IMG/VR virus record: IMGVR_UViG_3300020044_009858
Location: 1-39,078 of that record
Reading direction: 5' to 3' (one strand)
Length of the DNA stretch: 39,078 nt
From: a virus
Taxonomy: Duplodnaviria; Caudoviricetes
Part shown: piece after piece, positions 1-8,127 of the stretch
Layout: every line of letters starts with the position of its first letter
Position numbering within the stretch: the first letter of the stretch is position 1
The notes under the pieces: generated by a model
The model's input: only the letters and a program-made list of their open reading frames with translations
Databases searched by the model: none
Told to the model about the DNA's origin: nothing
Translations under genes and position numbers: made by a program

Positions 1-11
1 GGCGTGATTCG

Positions 12-323
12 TTGGGCAGCTATGAAAAGGAGCTTCGGATGTTGTGCTACAGATTGCTGGCTGGCGGCGTGGAGATTGTGTCTGGCTCCAACTGCGAGGA
101 CGCGCCGGAGCCGTTCCGGCTGAACGACCCTTACCCGTTTTTGCAGCAGGTCATGTCGTGCGAGGAGGCGCTGATATTCGTCAACTGCAATGGTCGCGCT
201 CGCAAATTGTATTTAGTTTTCGGCAACTCGGAGGGCGAGCTTGTGTCGGACTACATCGTCGACGAGATGCTGGAGCCGATTGTGGACGCCCATTACAACG
301 CCTACCAGCAGGAGGTCGCATGA
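12..323 (+). CDS. hypothetical early protein (frame open to the window edge, may be 5' truncated)
   Basis: ORF ends in EVA* inside the GGAGGTCGCATGA junction; no in-frame stop between positions 3 and 12. Confidence 0.7.
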   Translation: MGSYEKELRMLCYRLLAGGVEIVSGSNCEDAPEPFRLNDPYPFLQQVMSCEEALIFVNCNGRARKLYLVFGNSEGELVSDYIVDEMLEPIVDAHYNAYQQEVA

Positions 324-394
324 GCGAGGCTCTCAAAACTGTCGGCGCTGGCTTGGTCGGCGCTGCGTTGATTTACCTACTTTGGATGCTATGA
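320..394 (+). CDS. 24-aa single-TM peptide MSEALKTVGAGLVGAALIYLLWML
   Basis: GGAGG SD at 311-315; ATGA overlaps with both neighbours (320-323 and 391-394). Confidence 0.65.
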   Translation: MSEALKTVGAGLVGAALIYLLWML

Positions 395-606
395 AATACA
401 CGCTTCACCATGTTCTTGTCCGCTGCGACAAGTGCCAATTCAATCGCGAGCAGATAGGGGTCATGGACAACCGAAACGAGGACTGCAATCTGTTCAACTT
501 GTGGGAGCAGGTACGGCGCGAGCTGCGCGACTACCCGCGCTACTGCGATTGCGGCGGCAAACTGTACGCCGCCTACTCCGCCAGCGTTATTGGCGCTCTG
601 ACTTGA
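391..606 (+). CDS. small Zn-ribbon-like protein (71 aa)
   Basis: CDKC...CDCGG cysteine pairs; ATGA-coupled start. Confidence 0.65.
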   Translation: MKYTLHHVLVRCDKCQFNREQIGVMDNRNEDCNLFNLWEQVRRELRDYPRYCDCGGKLYAAYSASVIGALT

Positions 607-655
607 TTGCTCCGCGCTGCCGCTCCGCGAGGGGCGGCAGTAGGGAGCAATCAAG
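602..655 (+). promoter_or_regulatory. long intergenic hairpin, possible RNase III processing site
   Basis: CTTGATTGCTCC/GGAGCAATCAAG 12-bp stem, small internal loop, CTGCCGCTCC/GGGGCGGCAG stem, GCGA tetraloop, no U-tract. Confidence 0.55.
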
Positions 656-678
656 CTCCAACAACCAAAGGAAAAACA

Positions 679-849
679 GTGAATAAACCAACAGTAGAAA
701 CCGGAGAGTTCAAGGGTCATCCAACGATTACGCTGGGGGCGGACGGGCAGTATCCGTTTACATTCGGACTGGGCAAGGCGAAGCTGATTCTGGCTTGTCT
801 GGAAGAGGTTCAAAAATTCGTTGCCGACAACACGAAGGAGGTCGCATGA
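679..849 (+). CDS. hypothetical protein (56 aa, GTG start)
   Basis: AAAGGA upstream of GTG 679; MNKPTVETGEFKGHP...YPFTFGLGKAKLIL...EVA*. Confidence 0.75.
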   Translation: MNKPTVETGEFKGHPTITLGADGQYPFTFGLGKAKLILACLEEVQKFVADNTKEVA

Positions 850-1190
850 GTCCCATGACGATTGAACTGCTCCGGAAGCGCGTGGACTTCTTGAACGCTT
901 TTGCGCTCACGCCGTTGCAACCCTACACGGAAGACGGAAAGCCGAATGTCGGCAATTACCACCTGTACGGAGCTTACGGGAAGTGGAGCCTTCACCAAAT
1001 GTGCGCCAGCGGCGGCACTAGGGATGTTCTGGGAGGGCTATGCAGCAAGCGCGAACTGGCAAACCGCATTAGCTGGTTTAGGGCAGGGTTGGAGGCAGGG
1101 CGGTCTCAAGCGGTTACTGTCATCACGGCGGACGGCGTGAGCGCCGGACGGATTCAGGACGGGCTGGCTGTCATCGGAGGTGCAATTTGA
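846..1190 (+). CDS. hypothetical phage protein
   Basis: GGAGG SD at 837-841 and ATGA overlap; MSPMTIELLRKRVDFLN...GNYHLYGAYGKWSLHQM. Confidence 0.75.
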   Translation: MSPMTIELLRKRVDFLNAFALTPLQPYTEDGKPNVGNYHLYGAYGKWSLHQMCASGGTRDVLGGLCSKRELANRISWFRAGLEAGRSQAVTVITADGVSAGRIQDGLAVIGGAI

Positions 1191-1354
1191 ACAAATACGA
1201 TGCGCAATACGAGATGCTCATGGAGATAGTCGCCCTTCGGGAAGCATGCCAAAAAGACATGAACATCCTTATTGAAGAGCTTGAGGCACGGCGCGACATT
1301 GAGCGCCTCAAGGTGAAGCTTGAGGACGGAGGTCACTCTGGGGAGGTCGCATGA
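1187..1354 (+). CDS. 55-aa helical protein missed by the ORF track (MNKYDAQYEML...GHSGEVA)
   Basis: GGAGG at 1176-1180, TTGA start/stop overlap at 1187-1190, ends in the third GGAGGTCGCATGA junction. Confidence 0.7.
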   Translation: MNKYDAQYEMLMEIVALREACQKDMNILIEELEARRDIERLKVKLEDGGHSGEVA

Positions 1355-1539
1355 GATGCGAGGACTTCCCCTGTTGCGGACATGGGGCGGGAGGCTGTCC
1401 GGACAGTCGTGGGCGCTTCCGGTGTACTTGTGGCGCTCCGTTGCCGCCTCGGGCGCGATACAGCATCTGCGCAAGCTGCATGAAGCGAGCGCAGCGGGAC
1501 GACGACGACGACCCCGAAAGGTTTGACCACGAGGATTGA
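1351..1539 (+). CDS. Cys-rich small protein with acidic tail
   Basis: MRCEDFPCCGH, CTC, CASC and DDDDD; SD plus ATGA overlap. Confidence 0.7.
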   Translation: MRCEDFPCCGHGAGGCPDSRGRFRCTCGAPLPPRARYSICASCMKRAQRDDDDDPERFDHED

Positions 1540-1552
1540 CCTCGCAGCCATC

Positions 1553-1592
1553 AAGCCCCCGCCGGAGCAATCCGGCGGGGGTTTTTTGTTTT
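1553..1592 (+). terminator. rho-independent terminator of the + strand cluster
   Basis: CCCCCGCCGGA-GCAA-TCCGGCGGGGG followed by TTTTTTGTTTT. Confidence 0.9.
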
Positions 1593-1655
1593 CGGACGCT
1601 CTAGGATTGGCTGTGGCGCGTTTTTCCGGCGCGGTTGGTATGGCGATACCCCCCC

Positions 1656-1692
1656 AAAAGCAGAAAGCCCCCCGCCGCTTTTGCGGGGGGGG
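1656..1692 (-). terminator. probable terminator of the DUF932 gene
   Basis: CCCCCCGC/GCGGGGGG stem followed on the - strand by CTTTCTGCTTTT. Confidence 0.6.
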
Positions 1693-1732
1693 GGTGGGGG
1701 GTGGAAGGGAGGAGCGCTGGGAGCGCTGCTGG

Positions 1733-2863
1733 TCAGTTAAGGTTCAGCAATTTTCCGGCGCGTGTCTCAAGGTCTACCCTCGCGTCCATGTAATCAAACC
1801 CGCGAGCGTAAGCGGTCAGCCCCTGTACCACCTGCCACAAAGTCCGGCAATCTCCCTCCTCCGCCTTGGCGAAGTCCCAAGCCCCGCGCACCTCCGCCTT
1901 GGAAAACTTCCCGTTTTTGTTGAGGAACTCTCCCAGCGCGTCAAGTGTCGCCGCCCCGCCTTTTGCCTCGTCGCGCACCACGATGCGCTCAACTGCGCGA
2001 GTGATGGCGGTCTCATCTTCCTTCATGGATGCGTTGGCGTAAGCAAGGAGCGCTGGCGCTGCTTCGCAATCGAAACGGGTAGGAGCGCCGGAGGTATGCC
2101 GGATGGACAACTCATTGATTTTAGTAGCGCCCCAGATAATGTGGTTCCCGCACACATGATTAAAAAAGAAGGTTTTCAGGCTAAAGGTCTTCGCGCCCAC
2201 CTCGCTGTTACTGACAATGAATCCTCTATTGAGCTTGGCGCGTTCCCCCACCTCAAGGGCGCTTCCGCCATCAATCATAAACATGAAGACATCCCTGTCG
2301 CTGGCATACAATCCGGAGGGACGGACTTGACCATGCACATAAGCCTTGGGGTTGAAAAACTTGTTCCCCGTCCGCTCGTTGATGCGCTCGACGCACTCCA
2401 CTGCCTCCGCATCCCAGATACGACCATAAGTCGGAGAGGTGACGGCTTGAAGAATGTTCAGCCCAGAATCCTGCTCGACTGTCATAAACTTGACCGCCTC
2501 CCTGTCGGCAGATTGCACGCCATTATTCAGGCAGTCTACAAGCAGCGGGGTGGGCAAGGTGCGCAAATAATTGGCTGGAGCTTTCAGCGTGGTCGCAAGC
2601 TGACCAAAGCTCCAGTGAGAAGGAGTGCTGGGGGTAATCGTCCCGTTAATAACCAGAGCGCCGGACTCGTCCTGCTTTGCCACGATGCGCGAAGTGTCAA
2701 CGTCAACGGAGCGGGAGCGCAAACGCCGATTGTGTACCGCTTCGCGCAGCGCCTCAAGGGTCTCATAGCGCTCGTCATCCGGACGATTTGCCCACTGGTT
2801 GGAAGCGTCCATCAAGTTGACGGGTTTGGAGGTGTTAGAGGTGGTGATGCTAATTGCGTTCAT
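1733..2863 (-). CDS. DUF932-family protein
   Basis: QWANRPDDERY N-terminal motif, HWSFGQL, YGRIWD, YASDRDVFMF, RGFIVSNSEVG, VCGNHIIWG...RH pattern. Confidence 0.75.
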   Translation of the reverse strand: MNAISITTSNTSKPVNLMDASNQWANRPDDERYETLEALREAVHNRRLRSRSVDVDTSRIVAKQDESGALVINGTITPSTPSHWSFGQLATTLKAPANYLRTLPTPLLVDCLNNGVQSADREAVKFMTVEQDSGLNILQAVTSPTYGRIWDAEAVECVERINERTGNKFFNPKAYVHGQVRPSGLYASDRDVFMFMIDGGSALEVGERAKLNRGFIVSNSEVGAKTFSLKTFFFNHVCGNHIIWGATKINELSIRHTSGAPTRFDCEAAPALLAYANASMKEDETAITRAVERIVVRDEAKGGAATLDALGEFLNKNGKFSKAEVRGAWDFAKAEEGDCRTLWQVVQGLTAYARGFDYMDARVDLETRAGKLLNLN

Positions 2864-2953
2864 AACTATTGGTGCTTGTAACCCAAGCGGGGAGCGTGTT
2901 GCGACAGTGTGTTTTCAATGTGAAAACCTTATCAACCGCAATCCGCTGCCCAG

Positions 2954-3003
2954 ACAATCTCATGTTGTCCGACAGAACGCAACGCTTATTTTTGATTTTT
3001 TTT
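2954..3003 (-). promoter_or_regulatory. probable promoter with TGTCnGACA operator
   Basis: A-tract, TTGCGT (2977-2982), TGTCCGACA at 2966-2974; -10 element unclear; same layout as 9972-10020. Confidence 0.5.
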
Positions 3004-3388
3004 AAATTACCGGAAAGTCTGCCGCTGTTATTTCTAGACCAATGCAAACTCGCTGTTTTTCCCCTGCTCGTTTTCTCCAGTCGTGAATAATAATTTTTCC
3101 GCCGGATTGGAGCCAGACAAGAGCGCGGGGTTCGGCTTTAATTTTTGCGGCTCGGCTCGGCAAGTTTCCGCCACCAGTTACCTGCACCGCAATAATTCCG
3201 TTTTCGGGTTTGGCTACGATTAAGTCCGCGAAGCCAAAAAAATCCCGTTTAATAAACGTGTACGGAATCACCTGCTCGACTACCCCCACTTTGTATCCCA
3301 ACGCCTCAAAGTGTCGCTTGCTTTCGAGGGTCGCCGCAAAGGGCTTCTTCCGCCGCCTATTGGGGGTCGCTGGTCTTGCTGTTTTCAT
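3002..3388 (-). CDS. PD-(D/E)XK-type nuclease, possible resolvase
   Basis: GYKVGVVE...RDFFGFADLIVAK...AVQVT; start 3388 forms an ATGA overlap with the upstream stop. Confidence 0.65.
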   Translation of the reverse strand: MKTARPATPNRRRKKPFAATLESKRHFEALGYKVGVVEQVIPYTFIKRDFFGFADLIVAKPENGIIAVQVTGGGNLPSRAAKIKAEPRALVWLQSGGKIIIHDWRKRAGEKQRVCIGLEITAADFPVI

Positions 3389-3729
3389 ATGCGCTTCTCC
3401 AATAGTCCATGAGCGAAAGCCCAAGATGGGTTGGCGTGAATAAAACTATGGCAGACCCTGCAAAGCCCAATCCATGTGGATTGGTCAAGCAAGTAGCGCC
3501 CCCTCCCTTTAATGTGGTGAATGTCAGTTGCTTTTAATGTAAAGCACTCCCCGCAAAAACTATTTTCTTTCAAGTATTGCTTCCGCTGCTTGGAGTACTG
3601 CTTCATTAATATTTCCATTTTAGCAGAGCGCACCGGAATCCGGTAAATTTTTTTAGCTGGGGGCGCTGGGTTTTTAGCGTCTTGAATTTGTTTCCAGAGC
3701 GCTACTTTTGTTTTTTTAACGTATGCCAT
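3385..3729 (-). CDS. HNH endonuclease-like protein
   Basis: CGEC...DIHHIKGRG...LCRVCHSFIH; likely start MAYVKK at 3729. Confidence 0.8.
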   Translation of the reverse strand: MAYVKKTKVALWKQIQDAKNPAPPAKKIYRIPVRSAKMEILMKQYSKQRKQYLKENSFCGECFTLKATDIHHIKGRGRYLLDQSTWIGLCRVCHSFIHANPSWAFAHGLLEKRI

Positions 3730-3973
3730 ATTTATAAATAATTGATTGGATTGCCACTGTTGCGACAAACTTTCTAACCTGAACAAGATGCCAGCAGTCT
3801 GGGTTTTTATTTTTTTCAAAGTCTGGGCAATTGCATTTGCCAAGCCCTGCCCTGTTTTCCATGTCAACTGTCCACCGGAAATCTCCGTTCTTTCTGGATG
3901 TTACCATAAATACGCTCCTGTCATTGGTGGGTTTGACAGAAGATACAAGTGTTGCTGGTGATGGGAGTCTCAT
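3716..3973 (-). CDS. SWIM zinc-finger protein
   Basis: CNCPDF-x-CWHL matches CxC...CxH. Confidence 0.7.
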   Translation of the reverse strand: MRLPSPATLVSSVKPTNDRSVFMVTSRKNGDFRWTVDMENRAGLGKCNCPDFEKNKNPDCWHLVQVRKFVATVAIQSIIYKYGIR

Positions 3974-4048
3974 AAAAAAGTAGCGCAGGACTGGAAACAA
4001 GATGAACAACTTGCTGGGTAGTTACCATCCCCAGAGTCCTGCGCAAAA

Positions 4049-5452
4049 TCATTCTATTTCGTTGTACCAAGTCTTGGGTTGCTCGCAGCGCTCTTTGGCT
4101 GGCGCTACCTTTGGAAGTTTGATTTTAGCCTCTTCAAACTTGGTAAACTTTTTTCTAAACAGCATCTGAACGCTTCTATTTCTAACGCCGTTTCTGTTTT
4201 TGGCAATCAAAAGATTCATTTCAATCTCATCTGATTCATCCTCTTCCGTTGAAGGATTGGGATTGTACGGCATTAAAACTACGTCAGCGTCCTGTTCAAT
4301 GCTGCCGGACTCGCGCAAATCAGACAAACGGGGCTTGCGTCCCTTCTCTGATTCAATAACGCGATTTAACTGCGACAAAAGTACTATTGGCATTTTAAGT
4401 TCTTTGGCTAGGTTTTTTACCCCTGCCGATATTTCGGAAACTTCCTGCTGCCTGTTGTTGTCTCCCTTTCGTTTTGGGGAAGACATTAATTGCAGATAAT
4501 CAATAACTAACAGTTTGATACCAAACTTGGAAACCATTCTGCGAGTTCTAGCCTTGACCTGATTAACTGTTAAAGCTGGCGTATCATCAATGTAAAGCTT
4601 GGCGCTTTTGATTTCGAGCGCTGCTTTTGCAATTGCTTTAACTTCGTCAGCATCCAAATCTCCGTGCTTTGCTTTCATGGAATCCACCATTGCCCTGCCG
4701 CATACCATGCGAAAAGTAATAGCCTCCTTGTCCATTTCCATGCTGAAAACCCCAACCGGAACATTGCAAGCCAAGCTTGCGTGTTCTGCAATATTCATTG
4801 CCAGCGCTGTTTTTCCTTCGCTTGGGCGTGCAGCCACAATCACAACTTCCGAATTGTGAAGACCTGCTAACAGAAAATCCAATCTTTGGTATCCTGTTGG
4901 AATCCCAATAATCTTTCCCTTGTTCAACTGATACTGCTCTATTTTTTCCAAAACAGAATCAATTGCTGTTCCAATAGACTGCGCTTCTTGGGTTTTTCTT
5001 GTGGTATTAACCGCCAGAATGTCCCGCTCAATTTCATCCATGAGAGAATCAACCGCTCCGGTGTTCTCTTTTACCTTTTGAACGCCTTCGGTGCAGACCT
5101 TAAGCATGGAACGCATGAGATACTTGTCTTTTAATATTTCAAGATAAGTAGATAAGTTTGCGGTGCTTGGCACTGCGTCCTGAATTTGCGTAAGGTATGC
5201 AATTCCACCTACTTGTTCCAACAGCCCAAAATCCTTAATGCGCTGCTGGATTGTGATAATGTCTCCCTTTCCGTCCATCACTTCCCATATCACTTGATGG
5301 CGAAGGTCGTAAAACATTTCCTTTTTGTCTCCCACAACGTTTAAAACATCGTGAAAACAATGCTTGTCTTGCAATATGCATCCAAGCACTGAAGCTTCTG
5401 CCTCAATACTGTGAGGCGGCAGTTGTTCATTCTTTTCCGCTAACAATTTCAT
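4049..5452 (-). CDS. dnaB: replicative DNA helicase, DnaB family
   Basis: PPHSIEAEASVLG, Walker A ARPSEGKT, FSMEM, IDYLQL, LSQLNR, LRESGSIEQDAD, IAKNRNG. Confidence 0.97.
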   Translation of the reverse strand: MKLLAEKNEQLPPHSIEAEASVLGCILQDKHCFHDVLNVVGDKKEMFYDLRHQVIWEVMDGKGDIITIQQRIKDFGLLEQVGGIAYLTQIQDAVPSTANLSTYLEILKDKYLMRSMLKVCTEGVQKVKENTGAVDSLMDEIERDILAVNTTRKTQEAQSIGTAIDSVLEKIEQYQLNKGKIIGIPTGYQRLDFLLAGLHNSEVVIVAARPSEGKTALAMNIAEHASLACNVPVGVFSMEMDKEAITFRMVCGRAMVDSMKAKHGDLDADEVKAIAKAALEIKSAKLYIDDTPALTVNQVKARTRRMVSKFGIKLLVIDYLQLMSSPKRKGDNNRQQEVSEISAGVKNLAKELKMPIVLLSQLNRVIESEKGRKPRLSDLRESGSIEQDADVVLMPYNPNPSTEEDESDEIEMNLLIAKNRNGVRNRSVQMLFRKKFTKFEEAKIKLPKVAPAKERCEQPKTWYNEIE

Positions 5453-5637
5453 TTTTTAACCTTTCTGTTTTCTATTTCGCAATCAGTTGAAAACAAACAA
5501 TCTTGATAATACTCAACAATATGCGGTTTGTTTAACAAACGATAAGCGTCTATTCCTTTTTGATACCCCTTTTTAAAATCTTTAAGCTCTTGGTCAGTTG
5601 ATTTTTTTAATATTTGTTTAAATTCATAAGTGTTCAT
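5449..5637 (-). CDS. hypothetical protein
   Basis: ORF with ATGA overlap into dnaB. Confidence 0.6.
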   Translation of the reverse strand: MNTYEFKQILKKSTDQELKDFKKGYQKGIDAYRLLNKPHIVEYYQDCLFSTDCEIENRKVKK

Positions 5638-5650
5638 ATCTCAATCCCGT

Positions 5651-5968
5651 TCACTTTTTTTCAAGCCATAAAGACACGGGAACGCCGTGAGTATGCATTG
5701 GATGATTTTGACCAACCACATAAATAACATTTAATTTTTTAGCCCTAATCATTGCCCCGCCCCAAGCCCTTCGTTCTTTTGGCATTTCAAGCCCTGCGTT
5801 TTCCGCCCATTCCCTTGCTTCTTTGGCAATAAATGGTCTTTTAATGGTTTTGGCGAACACTTGAATCATGTAAACTGCTTTTACTTGCCAAGCTTCTCCC
5901 ATTTTGTTTGCGGCAGATTTAGCTGATTTATGACCAAGTTCAATTGCTTCCGTTTTTAAGTTTTTCAT
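5651..5968 (-). CDS. hypothetical phage protein, possibly winged-helix
   Basis: PKERRAWGGAM...HGVPVSLW; coupled start. Confidence 0.65.
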   Translation of the reverse strand: MKNLKTEAIELGHKSAKSAANKMGEAWQVKAVYMIQVFAKTIKRPFIAKEAREWAENAGLEMPKERRAWGGAMIRAKKLNVIYVVGQNHPMHTHGVPVSLWLEKK

Positions 5969-6213
5969 TTTTTATCTCCCCAACAGTATTTTTTGTGCTT
6001 GTCTAACAATTCTTTGCTGCTTTTTGTCCAATAATGGCAGTCCTCGTATTTTGCTAGCTCATCTGCCAAGTCTGAAGCCAGCACCTGACATTCTTCTAAT
6101 TCTTTCTCCAGTTCTTTTTGAGCATCTTTTTGAATTTCCTCAATAAAACTGAATATGTTCCCAACGTTTCCGTTTGTTGCTACTTTTAAAACCCAAGAGT
6201 AAGGAGTGTTCAT
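5965..6213 (-). CDS. hypothetical coiled-coil protein
   Basis: start MNTPYSW at 6213 gives ATGA overlaps on both sides. Confidence 0.6.
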   Translation of the reverse strand: MNTPYSWVLKVATNGNVGNIFSFIEEIQKDAQKELEKELEECQVLASDLADELAKYEDCHYWTKSSKELLDKHKKYCWGDKK

Positions 6214-6443
6214 TGTGCTGTAGCTGTTATTCCGGTTATCTGGTAAAAAGTATGTTTCTTGCCGTTGATAAAGCGGATGCGGCAATCCACTTTAAAACCA
6301 AACTCCCTAATGTCGCTAATGCGTCTGCTAATGCTGCCCACTACGCCGTGCTTGGTTCCGCTTCCAGCCCTGTGCAATTCAATAACATCAATCTCCGCTC
6401 CGGTTGATAATGCTTCAAGTATTCGTTCTGTTTGGTTGTTCAT
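6210..6443 (-). CDS. winged helix-turn-helix protein
   Basis: NQTERILEAL...SISRRISDIREFGFKVD...TFYQI pattern. Confidence 0.65.
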   Translation of the reverse strand: MNNQTERILEALSTGAEIDVIELHRAGSGTKHGVVGSISRRISDIREFGFKVDCRIRFINGKKHTFYQITGITATAQ

Positions 6444-6670
6444 TTTGTCCTCCATACGCTGTAACAATTTTTAGTTCTGTTATATCTGACGGCTATTGTG
6501 TGTCCGGTATCGTATAATTTCTGGCGGACATTGGAACAATCTACTGGCATTTCCACCATGTCCCCAATTTTCATCTCATCGCTTACAATTAATTTTACTA
6601 GCTGCTGGGTTATACCAGTCATCTTTTGCTTGTCTTGGTTAGGTATGCTTATGTTTTTGTGTATTTTCAT
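6440..6670 (-). CDS. hypothetical protein
   Basis: MKIHKNISIP...MKIGD...SVWRTK; ATGA overlap with the next gene. Confidence 0.6.
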   Translation of the reverse strand: MKIHKNISIPNQDKQKMTGITQQLVKLIVSDEMKIGDMVEMPVDCSNVRQKLYDTGHTIAVRYNRTKNCYSVWRTK

Positions 6671-6881
6671 TTTTTTCCTTTTCTTGGTATGGTCTTACTT
6701 TCCAAAGCGGACAAAGAATGGCACAACAGTCTCTCACTTCTGTCCTTTGATAATTGCAGCAATCTAAACATTTAGAATTGATTGAAGCCCTTAATCCGTT
6801 GCCATTCCATGCTCGCCTGAATTGATTGTGATAAACCTCCGGTATGCTTTTCAGCCTTATCTTTTTAAGCTCTTCGTTCAT
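6639..6881 (-). CDS. small Cys-rich phage protein
   Basis: KCLDCC...C...CPLW.VRP. Confidence 0.65.
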   Translation of the reverse strand: MNEELKKIRLKSIPEVYHNQFRRAWNGNGLRASINSKCLDCCNYQRTEVRDCCAILCPLWKVRPYQEKEKNENTQKHKHT

Positions 6882-6976
6882 ATATGTGGCAAGATAAGAA
6901 TCATGTAATAAGCCAACACAAACAAAAACACTATGAGTGTTAACGTTGCAACAAGCTCTTCAAGAAAGCGTTTCAT
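6878..6976 (-). CDS. 32-aa TM peptide MKRFLEELVATLTLIVFLFVLAYYMILILPHI
   Basis: read manually; ATGA overlaps at 6973-6976 and 6878-6881. Confidence 0.55.
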   Translation of the reverse strand: MKRFLEELVATLTLIVFLFVLAYYMILILPHI

Positions 6977-7131
6977 TTAATGCATCCTTTGATAATTAAA
7001 ACCAAAATAATAGCTGCTCCTACAATAATGATTGCATTCATTAATTGTTGGTGCGCTTTTTCAGCCCTAATCCTTGCGGCTCTGCACAAATCAATTCTTT
7101 CGTTATTAGTGTTTTTGTTTTTAGATTTCAT
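6973..7131 (-). CDS. 52-aa protein with C-terminal TM helix
   Basis: read manually: MKSKNKN...AIIIVGAAIILVLIIKGCIK. Confidence 0.55.
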   Translation of the reverse strand: MKSKNKNTNNERIDLCRAARIRAEKAHQQLMNAIIIVGAAIILVLIIKGCIK

Positions 7132-7297
7132 TTTTTTCCAGTATTTTGTTTTCCAACGCTGTTATTTCTTTGATGATTTTAAGCGTTTCTTCTTTGAAGT
7201 CTTCACAAACAGATTCGTAATACTTTCCTCTGTAATGCGTTTTGCTTGCTTCCAGTGCGGACTCCAAAACTTTCATGCTGTTCTTGTCTAGGTTCAT
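7121..7297 (-). CDS. hypothetical protein
   Basis: start MNLDKNS at 7297 overlaps the upstream stop (ATGA). Confidence 0.55.
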   Translation of the reverse strand: MNLDKNSMKVLESALEASKTHYRGKYYESVCEDFKEETLKIIKEITALENKILEKNEI

Positions 7298-8127
7298 GTT
7301 GCTGTTTCCGTTTTTTGTTTTATTACGATTTCGTTGCTTGTTCTTGTGCAAGAAAACTCAATCCACCATCCGCCTATTGGTCTGGATGCTCTTCCGCCAG
7401 CGGAATGCCATCCGGAGGTCTCGTTTTTGTATGTAGAGCCGCGCAAAAACAATTGTTCTCGCTGGACTATGTTCCCTTTGCTTGTAACGTCCGTTATGAT
7501 GTTCTCGTCCATGTTCCTCCTGTGAATGTGTCCGGAATAGAAAATGTCCGCATTGTACTGCCCCCTAGTCCTGTTGTTGTCAATCAACCCTCTAGTGACT
7601 TCACCGCCACCGCCGTATCCGTGATGATAAAACAATTTTTTGATTTGCAATTTTTTATGGTATGAAAACCTAAATGTTACATATCCCCAATATCCACCTT
7701 GTTTAACTCCTAATTGAGAAGTAAGCCTATCAATTAAGTTAGTTTGATGCCTGTCAACAATTGATTGTTCGTGGTTTCCCATTCCAATCAATGCAATGTT
7801 CTTTGCGTAAGGCTTGTACCAATCGGCGGCGGTGTTTACCAAGTTGTCTAAATAATTGTTTCCACGATGTTCTTTCCTTAACTGTTCGGCGTCTGCGCGT
7901 TTGTCCCATTTGCCCTGCATTGCACAAAAAGTATCTCCAAATTTAAAAATAAGAGCTTTTTTTTGCACTGCTTCTTCGTGGTGGCGTTTTAAAACGTCCA
8001 ATTTGCAGAGCTTGTTGTCCCAATGCTCGTCGGACATTAATAAAACGTTAAATATTCCTTTTGTGTTTTCAAAAAAAACGTCAACTAAATGTGACTGCCT
8101 GTTTATTTCTGTTATTTTATATTTCAT
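7294..8127 (-). CDS. calcineurin-like metallophosphoesterase
   Basis: SDEH, FGD, GNHE, HHG, GHIH motifs in canonical order. Confidence 0.9.
   Translation of the reverse strand: MKYKITEINRQSHLVDVFFENTKGIFNVLLMSDEHWDNKLCKLDVLKRHHEEAVQKKALIFKFGDTFCAMQGKWDKRADAEQLRKEHRGNNYLDNLVNTAADWYKPYAKNIALIGMGNHEQSIVDRHQTNLIDRLTSQLGVKQGGYWGYVTFRFSYHKKLQIKKLFYHHGYGGGGEVTRGLIDNNRTRGQYNADIFYSGHIHRRNMDENIITDVTSKGNIVQREQLFLRGSTYKNETSGWHSAGGRASRPIGGWWIEFSCTRTSNEIVIKQKTETAT

Noticed and set aside
311-1355. Repeats read as a CRISPR array or attC-like sites
   Set aside because: Only 14 bp, not palindromic, about 500 bp apart, separated by ORFs; no cas or integron integrase in the window
1685-1712. G10-T-G6 tract as G-quadruplex or phase-variation site
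   Set aside because: Intergenic and partly explained by the terminator stem; homopolymer length may be a sequencing artefact
1523-2881. 452-aa + strand ORF
   Set aside because: Antisense shadow of the GC-rich DUF932 gene; runs through two terminators and has no recognisable motifs
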